From positions 12,514,722-12,578,721 of the forward strand of contig OZ037766.1 in the NCBI GenBank assembly GCA_964035545.1: 64,000 bases of DNA, in the 5' to 3' direction. The position numbers and the translations under genes were made by a program. Shown here in pieces: positions 26,605 to 38,393 of the stretch (positions are counted from its first letter, which is position 1; each line of letters opens with the position of its first letter). Origin of the DNA: Bugula neritina (lineage: Eukaryota > Animalia > Bryozoa). Under the pieces are notes generated by a model. That model saw only the letters and a list, made by a program, of their open reading frames with translations. It searched no databases and had not been told where the DNA came from.

Positions 26605-27832
26605 AGAACGTGGAGCTGGTATTTCTAGAGTTATCACTCTGAACTTGCATTAGTGTCACTGTTTTCTTGAGAAGATGAGACAGTCGTATTTAAAAAAGGT
26701 GAGACAAGTGAAATTAACGGTATTAAACTTTGCTAAGAAACAGTCTATCATTTATAGTGAGTAGAATGCAGTATATATAGTCTGAGCTCCCATTTTATGT
26801 TGCATTTTTATCTTTCATTGTTCTGGGTAAGTAGGCTAGAATAACTCCAAACAGACCTGAGAATAAAGGCAAACTATTTTAAAATTACAACATGTACATA
26901 ATATGTACATTTAAAAAATTTGAACTTAAAAGTAAATAAGAATGCTTAATAAATCACCTTACAAGGAATAAATTTTTTAATTTGTATTTCTTTTTTGAGA
27001 ACTTTTGACCAACGTTGTAAATAAACTTATGTAGCCATAAAAAAGCTGTATTAGAATATTTTTCTACTTCAAGGAATAATAAAGATACATAATTTGTATT
27101 CAACGCTTCTTCAATAACGCAATATAATTGAATGGCCATTTGAGCTGAAAGTATTTTAGAAAAACATATTATTTCTGCACAAATTTTGCCAAGCAATAGT
27201 TATTATACTAATTTACTAAAAGCAATAGAAACAAATTTAAAGTCAAAACTATAATCTGTTTGAAAACTTTAAGATTTATTATAATAATATAGTTTTTCTT
27301 AACTTCAATCTACTACAAAGATGGTATATAATTATTATAATTTATATGTATATAAATAATAGACTGATGAAATTTAGGAAATGTAGACTACCTATAAAGA
27401 ATTTAACTTATTGTGTCAGGAAAATAATACTTTTGAATGACACATCAGTTTCAGTTTTAGAACCTTACCTTTAGAGTTTATGAAAATATTTGAGCCAACT
27501 GTTGTAAATTTGCTTCAGTGGAAGCTTCAAAATTTTGAATTGTAATGGACTTAAGCATTACTTAATGTAATTAGTTACTCATGGCAGAACGTAAATATTT
27601 CCTGTTTCAGTTTAATATGATAATAAGAGAAGAGCAAACCTAAAGTTTTGCAAACTTCAAAGCTGTTTTCATTTTACAATAGGTTGTTTCCAGAACAATA
27701 AAGTTTAAAATACTTACGAAGATCAGCCAAAATACTAAGAAAACTGTTTACAAGAACACATAATATGTATAGCTTGCTGAACGGAAACTTCAATTTTCTT
27801 AAAGCTTATGCAGAACTAACAAAGCAAGACAG

Positions 27833-27834
<2 letters not shown>

Positions 27835-27870
<36 letters not shown>
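27835..27870. repeat. (TA)n microsatellite
   Basis: Perfect AT dinucleotide run. Confidence 0.95.
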
Positions 27871-27873
<3 letters not shown>

Positions 27874-27962
27874 TGCACACAAGAACTTGAGTAAGGCTAG
27901 GGCCACACGGTGCGTAATTTCGCATGCGAAAATTGAAATCACAAGTAGCAAAGGTGTCCACT

Positions 27963-28262
<300 letters not shown>

Positions 28263-28735
28263 TTCTATGACTAAAATCAAAGCTGAAGATGTCAGCAAGA
28301 GCTGCAATCAAGGTAATCTTATATATCTACAGACTACATATAGAAAGTCAGCTAATTTACTAATGGCAGTGAATTGGTTGACACTATAGGCCTACAACTC
28401 TACAACTGTCATTATTTGTGCTGTTTTGCTTTTAGTAACATTGTCAAAGTAATTGAATGATAAAAATTAAATTCGAAGTTTGAAAGGCTTAGTAAGCTTT
28501 AGGAACACCACACCAGCACTTTTATTGTGATAAATCATAATATTATAATACTAACGATAGCTATGGGCAAATTTGGTTTAGTATTACCAAACTATACAAG
28601 TACAAACTCGCTTAAAACATTCAAACAGCATTAGCTATTATAGACATTAAATGTATATATGGGTATAGATTATAATTTATAAGACAAATTGTTTTACAAA
28701 TAGACAGCAAAAGTTTAAATAGATTAATTGTTGAA

Positions 28736-29725
28736 CTAATTAGTGTCTACCGGTCGAACTACTCTGTGAGCGCAAGTAGGTCTTCTTAAAATACGTTTTA
28801 CATGGTTAACATAATTTGGATGAAAATAAATAAACATAAAAATGTTCTCAACACCATACATTGAAAGCAAAATTTGAACTGCTGTTTCTACAGCAATGAT
28901 AATTGATGTGGATAAAAATTTAACGCTATGACAAATCAGAATTATAATAACAAACAAGAGGTTTACTTGGTAAACTATGAAACACCAAATAATATATTTA
29001 CTGGCCGATATAATAAGTTTATCTTCAGACAAATTTCTTTGGGTCATTATTTTCAATTCTTTCCATACTTTGACAAGCATTGCTGATATTATTTGCGAGA
29101 GAATGATATTTTGAATTCCAAATGAAATATACACTACATTGTATTCTAGAGTTTTATGCACCATTTGAGTTGCCAGGGGTGTCCAGCAAAACTTTATTTC
29201 TGGTATCATGATATGTGCAAGTGAGCTCAGCAATCCTAAGAAATATATCAGTACTGATACAGACTTTATATTCCTTATAAAGAAGTGTGTGCTATACTCG
29301 TATGGCTTACACACTCCAATATACTTCTCAAAGCTTGAAACGAAAAATGCCAAGAATCTGAGGCAAGCCGCACATCCTATTGCTGCTAGTGCAAGCTTTG
29401 ACATCCAATAACTTGTTGGTCTAGGAAGCTGTAAAATAGCTTCTCTGGTCTCACAATTGTAAAATGCAATACTTGAAATGCTGTATAAAACATCAGAGAC
29501 ACCCAAGTTCATCAGAATCCAAAAGTAGTTGGCTTTAATCTCTTTTATCTGAGATAGTACAAGGAGATGCAGAATGTTGATAATTATGGATAGGCAGTTT
29601 ACCCCATCCGCAATCTTTGCAAATGGGTCGTAGCATTGACTAGTGTCATTGTAACAGGGTAATATTTCTGTATACGACAATCTGTAGTTTTCCATAGTCA
29701 TAAATATAACTGATTTGACATGCAT
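28736..29725 (-). CDS. Intronless rhodopsin-like 7TM receptor (divergent orphan or chemoreceptor-like GPCR); true start may be a downstream Met (MTMEN)
   Basis: 329-aa ORF with seven hydrophobic segments; TM1 N, TM2 NLGVSD, TM3 SFEKYIGVCKP (DRY equivalent), degenerate TM7 ENIFMFIYFHPNY. Confidence 0.8.
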   Translation of the reverse strand: MHVKSVIFMTMENYRLSYTEILPCYNDTSQCYDPFAKIADGVNCLSIIINILHLLVLSQIKEIKANYFWILMNLGVSDVLYSISSIAFYNCETREAILQLPRPTSYWMSKLALAAIGCAACLRFLAFFVSSFEKYIGVCKPYEYSTHFFIRNIKSVSVLIYFLGLLSSLAHIMIPEIKFCWTPLATQMVHKTLEYNVVYISFGIQNIILSQIISAMLVKVWKELKIMTQRNLSEDKLIISASKYIIWCFIVYQVNLLFVIIILICHSVKFLSTSIIIAVETAVQILLSMYGVENIFMFIYFHPNYVNHVKRILRRPTCAHRVVRPVDTN

Positions 29726-29758
29726 AAGTGTCTACTATACCACCCATGGACAGAGTAG

Positions 29759-30234
29759 AGCAGAGATTATAGGGGGGGGAGGGGGTGAGGAGTATTATAT
29801 TGGATTTACATGGTTAGGAATGTCTTTGTCTTCAGATGTAAATATATCACTTGTTTTGTCTTTTGCCTTTTCTTGTTTCTGTAAGTAAAATACGAAAGTT
29901 TACCACTTAAGGAAAAACTGTATGACACGTTCAGATGTAAAATGTGTTTAGTGATGTACCTGCATGCATCAATGTATTACTGAGATTTTCACTTCAAGCA
30001 GAGATTATAGGGGGGGGAGGGGGTGAGGAGTATTATATTGGATTTACATGGTTAGGAATGTCTTTGTCTTCAGATGTAAATATATCACTTGTTTTGTCTT
30101 TTGCCTTTTCTTGTTTCTGTAAGTAAAATACGAAAGTTTACCACTTAAGGAAAAACTGTATGACACGTTCAGATGTAAAATGTGTTTAGTGATGTACCTG
30201 CATGCATCAATGTATTACTGAGATTTTCACTTCA
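29759..30234. repeat. Near-perfect 238-bp tandem duplication, followed by a 28-bp duplication (30234-30290)
   Basis: agcagagattataggggggggagggggtgagg... starts at 29759 and again at 29997. Confidence 0.95.
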
Positions 30235-30303
30235 TGCAGTTTCAGTCAGCTGCATATGGCTATGCAGTTTCAGTCAGCTGCATATGGCTATAGTTTATAT
30301 ATG

Positions 30304-31546
<1,243 letters not shown>

Positions 31547-31615
31547 GTACACACACATATGTACACATATGTACAGGCAGATACATCTAGATATATATTC
31601 ATATTATAAAATGAC

Positions 31616-32079
31616 AACACTAATGTTGCCTTTACTTTTACATATAGTATGTTAAGAAAACCATTTTTTTTAATTACTTATATAGGCAGGGTGCATGGCC
31701 TCATTTATATAATGTGTTTCCATTTCTATGAAAACACTATAAAGCATAAGACAGCACATGTTTATATCACACTAATGTTGCCTTTACTTTTACATATAGT
31801 ATGCTAAGAAAACCAATTTTTTTTAATTACTTATATAGGCAGGGTGCATGGCCTCATTTATATAATGTGTTTCCATTTCTATGAAAACACTATAAAGCAT
31901 AAGACAGCACATGTTTATATCACACTAATGTTGCCTTTACTTTTACATATTATAGTATGCTAAGAAAACCAATTTTTTTTAATTACTTATATAGGCAGGG
32001 TGCATAGCCTCATTTATATAATGTGTTTCCATTTCTATGAAAACACTATAAAGCATAAGACAGCACATGGTTATATCAC
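31616..32079. repeat. Three-copy tandem repeat, unit ~152-156 bp
   Basis: taatgttgcctttacttttacatat recurs at 31621, 31773 and 31926. Confidence 0.95.
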
Positions 32080-32303
32080 GTTTGTCTTGTTAGTAACCAG
32101 TGGCAAACATACAGTTCATTCACTGAAAGTCATAATGATGATATAAAAGGTTTTGTCAATAAATTGTAACTGCAGTGTTTAATGATGTATATTTTTGGGC
32201 AGCTTACAAAGTTTAACCATACTAATACATTATTTATATAATAGATGCTAACCAACAATTTAAAATTATTAATTGATTAAAGCCGCAGCCACTAAAAGAT
32301 AAT

Positions 32304-34158
32304 TGGGGTAGTGGGTCATTTTACTTAACTTAGTACACACTCGAAATCTCCAGTTTTAGCTATTTTTCCCAATTTAGCTGCTAATAATATAAAGATGGGT
32401 TTTTGCCTAAAACTAAATAGTCAAGGTTAGTTTTGATTCTGCTTAATTTCCAATGCATTTTTCTAATTATATATAATATACATGGTATATTTAGGTGCTG
32501 ATTCTCATTATGCTTAACAGAAAAGGCTAGCAGGGGATTCCCTAACATTAAAGCGCACGTCATTGTCATATGCACTTGATAATATAAATTTGCAACCATT
32601 ACGAAAAAACCTAGCAGTCTGAAAATCCAAATTAGCTAAATAATTAGAAAAATGCATTGGAAATTAAGCAGAATCAAAACTAACCTTGACTATTTAGTTG
32701 TATTTATTGATATGCTATTAGTTTTAGGCAAAAACCCATATAGTGAAATTCAATGGATTTTGAGCAAACTTTAATGTTAGGTCATAATTTGCGTAGATGT
32801 AAGGGGGGGGGGGGGCACAACGGCTGAATTTTGCATTTGTTGCTCACAATTGTCTGTTTTTCAAGTTACTAGTTCAATAATCTCTAGTCCCAATGCTGAA
32901 TCTGTTGTCTATTACAGCTACCAGTTTGTTGTTTCTATCTCTCTCACAACTTTCAGAATAATGAAATTTTCATGACGAAAAAAATTGGCTCATTGTGCCC
33001 CGGTACCGGGGTAGAATGAGCCACTGGGTGGGACACAACAAATATATTGAAATTTTGCGTATTTTGTTACATTTGATCTTTATTTATTTAATATTACAAA
33101 TAAATAGAGATACTCTTTCAGATCTACAGCAAAATCCATGTTTTAGCTGTACAGTTTGTGCCACCACGGATAGCAGAGGAAGGCAAAATCAAACGCACGT
33201 CACTCGTTTCTGCAGTGCCATTATCATTACTGTTTAGAACTAAATATGTTCTGTTATTTTCACCTCAGAGGAACGTTTATTAAAAAAAACTTTAGTAACA
33301 TGTACTACAAAATTCCAAGTGGACTTTTTTTTCTGAACTGTAGCTAAGGTGCATGGCTGAGGTTTGTGACTGGAGTACGGAAGAGAGAGGGGGAGCAAAT
33401 GAGCAAATCACAATTTATTTCAGTCAAATACATGTATATCCCCTCAATGGTGTAATATATAATGATTATCATGACTATCTACTAGTAGCAACAGCAGAGT
33501 GTTTTGTATTATGTATAAAATGGCATAAAGCTTTAACCTCACCAGATATATATATTAGGGGAGCTTCAACTTGTAGTTTTGTAGTCTTACCATGATGTCT
33601 TTGATATTTTACAAAAAGGTCAGAAATGGCTATATCTATAGATTTTAGTAACATTTCAACCAAATTTCTGGGCAAACAAACTAATAACAGTGATCAGAGT
33701 GCAATAATCAGGTGGCCCATTGTGCCCCGGTCAGCGTGGCCCATTGTGCCCCGTGTGGCCGAATTGCAAATAAACGTGCCTCAAGGAAAATTTATTCCAG
33801 TGTTTGCTGTTATACTAGTTAAGCATTGTAGAGACAAGCAAAGGCAACAATATTAGTAAAATCTAGGCTTCTTGCTTTTGAGTGTAAAAAGTTATAAGGC
33901 TTTATCAACGACATCCTAAACAATTTACAAAAGTAGGTAAAAACAGTTTTTTACTCGCCTTTTCAATACGTATGTTCTGCAAGTGTTGAAACTACAAAGG
34001 CTGAATAATTATGTCAATATCTTTTAATGAAAAAAAATCAATGATTAAGTTCTCTCATAATTTGGCCGGCTTTTTGTACCCCTATGACCGTTGTGCCCCC
34101 TCCCCCCGTAACCCCTATGGTGTGTACTAAATGAAGTAAACTGACTCGTCTACAACCA
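32304..34158. mobile_element. Non-autonomous DNA transposon (outer, ~37-bp degenerate TIRs) containing a foldback and a nested element
   Basis: tggggtagtgggtcattttacttaacttagtacacac (32304-32340) vs gtgtgtactaaatgaagtaaactgactcgtctacaacca (34120-34158). Confidence 0.6.
32794..34117. mobile_element. Nested non-autonomous DNA transposon with G-rich TIRs and internal cattgtgccccg repeats
   Basis: Left end ...gggggggcacaacggc (to 32824), right end accgttgtgccccctcccccc...cccta (34087-34117); subterminal motif repeated at ~32991, ~33718 and ~33742. Confidence 0.65.
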
Positions 34159-35437
34159 GATGATATGGTGAATTTATAAATTAGGCTTGGGCGAGAATAA
34201 AGTTGTTGCTGTGACTATTTATGCATATACAACATACATGTTTAATTCAATTTTAAAAAACATTATAGTCCACATGTAAGATGTATGTATAGTTATTGGC
34301 CAATCTAATTCCTAAATTATTATGGTTAAAAATGGCTTTTTATTGTATGTCTCTCTTTTTCTTTTTATATATTACCATTAAGCTTCAAAACATGACAGTT
34401 CTCAAAATACTTTGGAATTTGCTTTTTCGAGCCTAAAAGGTATTAAGCTCATTTTACCTTCTTTAGTGGACACTCAAAAGTTTCTAGTTCCTATATAGCC
34501 ATTTTTCACATGTTTTATAGCCGTGAATGTATGTAGTTTGTGCTCTAAAAATGTTAACTATTAACAAAAACAAATAAATAATCAATTTTAGTCTTTTAAA
34601 TTTGACTTGACTCACTATATGTTTTATATTTCAGTGAATTGGGATATATTGAAAGTGACAAATTTTTTTTATTATAACTGTCTGTAGACACACCCACACA
34701 CACACCCACACACCCACACACACACTTACACACACAAACACCCACATGCCTATGCTGTGCATGGTTAGAATTATATAAGAAGATAAAACAGTTCTGTATA
34801 AGATTATAACAACTCACCAGATTGTCTTCATAGTGAGGGGCTCTTTAACAGTTGTACCTCAGGCTCTAGGATATTTGGCTAAAAAACACGGTTGAAACAA
34901 AAAATTTGCTCTGAATAGTAAATAGATGTGAAGGATATATTATAATATAACGACCTACTCCGTTATGGAATGCTGTAAGGTATAAAAACCTGACTGAAAT
35001 AGCACATAGTTCCATTCCAGCGAACAGTTAGATATAACCTGTATAAGTTCAAGTTCAAGGTCATTTAATCAAATAAAATTAGCACAGTGCTCATGCAGTA
35101 TGTGAACCACATACTTTTTCTTGATACTAATAAGATAATTGTATCTTCATGCTTATAGCCTATAATATTACACAGCGGCAATAAAACATGATAGTTTTTT
35201 AAATTATATATATTTTTAAATTCCATCAAGTAGGTTAACATAAAAAACAAAGAAACCAAAACAAATCATTAGAAAATAAAAATAAAATACCTCTGTGACT
35301 GAGCCATGCTATATAGATAAGCTAGACTGCTATAAAAGATATTGCAAACTGATAGCAGGGACTGTTGGCCAATGGAGAACAATGTTAAGCTGATGGGAGG
35401 AGCTTAAAGCTAACTGACCAATTTATAATTCAAGCAG

Positions 35438-35440
<3 letters not shown>

Positions 35441-35501
<61 letters not shown>

Positions 35502-35523
35502 TTATATTTATATATATAAATAT

Positions 35524-35575
<52 letters not shown>

Positions 35576-35584
35576 GTATATTAT
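35441..35584. repeat. Imperfect (TA)n microsatellite
   Basis: Direct reading. Confidence 0.9.
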
Positions 35585-36507
35585 ACATGCCAAATATTTA
35601 CTACAAATTTCAAAAATAGCATAACTTAAATTGTATTACCGTGCCTATTTGCATCCAATTTACTAGTCTTACATTTATAGCAACTGTAACGTATTTTGTG
35701 TAAAATGGTTATTGCAAGCATTATTCAATTCATATTCACATTTAATCACAGCGAAGCTTAAACTTTATAGCTTTGTATTTATGTCCATGATTGAGTTTTA
35801 ATTTTTTTTAAAATTTTATATGCATTGAAAATATGTTTCCTTTATAACTTATATAAACTCGCAGTACCAATAGCGGCATAATAATTTTTAATGGTTTAAA
35901 GTCAACACTCCTAAATATACCACACTGGTATTTATATTATTACTTCAATAAAACTGGGTGCATGCAAGTGGGAGTTAAAGCATTTGGAAATTCCTAGATT
36001 CTAGGTGTCATTGAGATCAGTGTTGGTATAGTGATTTGTGTTCGAATTTCTAATCTTCAACTTTAACCTCCTCACTCCACCAATGAACTGGCAAACTCTA
36101 GTGACTCCCACCATCGCCCTTTAAACGACTTTTTTTATGACCACAACTTTGTGCTTCAAGCGATTTATAGATTATTTCATTTTTGTGTTTGAGTCGCCGA
36201 CTTTCACGTTAGCTACGCTTGTCAGTTAACTGCGCCCATTATTATTTACACTGCCGCTTGTGCAAACCGTTCTTAAAGTTTAGTGTCACTTTGCATAGTC
36301 ATAGTCATACTCCGTCACTTATCACTCATCATCTTTATGATTACCAGATCATAATTGAAATTTCCGTATAGCTGTATATTAAAATCCTTGTAAGAAGCTA
36401 TCTTACCATTGCTTAAATGTTGCTGATTTTTAAAGTTTAAGTTAAATTAATTCAGACTGATACCTGAATTGAAACTAACTAGAGTCTAGTACTACTACTA
36501 GTGCTAT

Positions 36508-37223
36508 TGTGGTAAAATTGTGTATAGTATAACTAAGGCTGTATTTCCCTTATTCTTATTAACTTCATTCCCATGGAATGCGTGTTTTCCTAGATATACA
36601 TCATTACATAGCTATAGTATTGTAACAGCTAAGTGTTAGTTGGCAATGATAGGATTAGCTATTATTCCCAGCTACTTATTACTACTGACGTGACTGGATT
36701 AGCTATTGTTTCTGACGGCTCACAGGAACACTTATATAATCAAGATAACCGGGATTTCCCTGCGAAGTTCGCTCGATTCGAGCGATTCCTTTATTCTAGC
36801 CCTGCGAATCCCTGCGATTCGAGCGAATTCCCTCGAATTCGCTCGGAACATTCTAGTGGAAATGTTTCCCAACGTATAAAAGGAGGCCCTCAACACAGTA
36901 GAGTCAGTCTTCAGCCAGCAGCACAACAGGACACATCTCGGAGCTACCAAGCCAGGACAATAACACACTTAGTTAATTATCTTATACTTTGTTTACCAGT
37001 TTACTAGTAAGTTCTCCATACATGTAAGGAGTTGTCCTCCCTAACTGCTATTTTTGGATATATATATATTATGGAGTAAATAAAGGGGATTGTGAGTATT
37101 ACATTTCTTATTTATTGTGCATAAATACCCTCCTACAAAGAGTCACTGTGTTCAATCAGCTAACAACCCACACCAATAATTGCATGCAGCGAATCATAAC
37201 ATTCTACGCATAAAATTATTACA
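36508..37223 (+). repeat. 5' LTR (716 bp)
   Basis: TGTGGTAAAA...ATTATTACA; TATAAAA 36875-36881; Inr-like TCAGT 36904-36908; AATAAA 37079-37084; no differences seen from the 3' LTR. Confidence 0.97.
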
Positions 37224-37224
37224 C

Positions 37225-37242
37225 TGGTGGCAGCGGTGGGAT
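37225..37242 (+). promoter_or_regulatory. Primer-binding site complementary to the 3' end of tRNA-Leu(AAG/TAG)
   Basis: TGGTGGCAGCGGTGGGAT, separated from the LTR by 1 nt, is the complement of ATCCCACCGCTGCCA-CCA, the eukaryotic tRNA-Leu 3' end. Confidence 0.88.
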
Positions 37243-37292
37243 AATCGTCTGGTACAGACTAAGCTGATGCTCCCCTACGGGGAGAGACAACA

Positions 37293-38393
37293 ATGGATCC
37301 ATTGAGGCCAGCGCCAGAGCTCGGGCCTGATGATGAACCAGCAGGAGGACGCTTCACCCTAGAGACATTGATTCGGACTCTCTGGGAAGACAGGGCAGCT
37401 GTACAGGCTCCACCTGGTGACAGGTTCCGCCTTAAAGCGCCAGTCTTCGACGGTGAAGGAAATGTAGAACAATTTCTACAGGAATTCCGCGAGGTGGCCG
37501 TGGCCTCCCAGTGGCCGGCCCAGGTGGAATTACTGCAACTACGGTCCTGCCTGACAGGTCGAGCCAAACCCTATGCGGTAGGCCCGAATAGGGACTACAT
37601 CATTGAGGCTCTGCGCGGCCGCTTCGGACTTACCGTCCGGGACGCGAGAGCCCGCCTACAAGGACTCCGACGAGACCCTAAGGTCTCACTACAGGATCAC
37701 GCCAACAAAGTGGAGCAGCTAGTCCAGGTAGCCTACGGTAACGTAGACCTGGAGTCACGCCAGGCCATCACCTTTGATATCTTCCTGCAATCGCTCAATA
37801 ACCTGAGCCTGCAACGGTATCTCTTGGCAGCTGGGGTCGACACCATTGAGGCTGCTCTGACCAGAGGAAAGGCGTACTACCAGATCGGCGGGAGTCAGGA
37901 CTGTGACAGCAGTGCCCGACGAGTCGAGTCAGACTGGGGAGAGGCTGCCGAAGACATTCGGCTGAGGCCTCAAGTAGCGGCCTCCGCCACTACACCCCCA
38001 ACCCCACCCGAACTCTCCATGGTATTGGAGGTGGTGGACAAACTGCAAGAAGAGATCGCAACATTGCGACGGGCCCAAACTACTGACAGACCGGATCGGT
38101 CATACGGTAGTCAGCCCAACAAGGACGCTCAGTTAGAGCCTAGGGTAGCAGCTACTGCACCTACCCCATCGACCTCAGCCGAAGTCTCCATGGTACTGGA
38201 GGTGGTGCGAGATCTACAGGCCGAAGTTAAGGCCCTGAGACGGGCCCAAACTACTAACCGGCCGAATCAGCCACGTAGTAGTCGCCCCGAAGGGTCTTCT
38301 CTCACGTGTTGGAAGTGTGGGACAACAGGTCATGTGCAACGAGACTGTCCCCGAGGACGCAGCGGTCCGTTAAACACCCAAGGCCTGCGGTAA
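37293..38393 (+). CDS. gag: Gag (capsid region, duplicated 57-aa helical unit, CCHC zinc knuckle)
   Basis: APVFDGEGNVEQFLQEF...L.G.A capsid N-terminal motif; CWKCGTTGHVQRDC knuckle. Confidence 0.93.
   Translation: MDPLRPAPELGPDDEPAGGRFTLETLIRTLWEDRAAVQAPPGDRFRLKAPVFDGEGNVEQFLQEFREVAVASQWPAQVELLQLRSCLTGRAKPYAVGPNRDYIIEALRGRFGLTVRDARARLQGLRRDPKVSLQDHANKVEQLVQVAYGNVDLESRQAITFDIFLQSLNNLSLQRYLLAAGVDTIEAALTRGKAYYQIGGSQDCDSSARRVESDWGEAAEDIRLRPQVAASATTPPTPPELSMVLEVVDKLQEEIATLRRAQTTDRPDRSYGSQPNKDAQLEPRVAATAPTPSTSAEVSMVLEVVRDLQAEVKALRRAQTTNRPNQPRSSRPEGSSLTCWKCGTTGHVQRDCPRGRSGPLNTQGLR

Noticed and set aside
31616-32079. CRISPR-like array
   Set aside because: Contiguous units without unique spacers; eukaryotic context with no cas genes
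36633-37007. 124-aa ORF and 78-aa antisense ORF, repeated in the 3' LTR
   Set aside because: They lie within the LTR across the promoter; the 124-aa ORF starts at GTG upstream of the putative TSS; no recognisable domain
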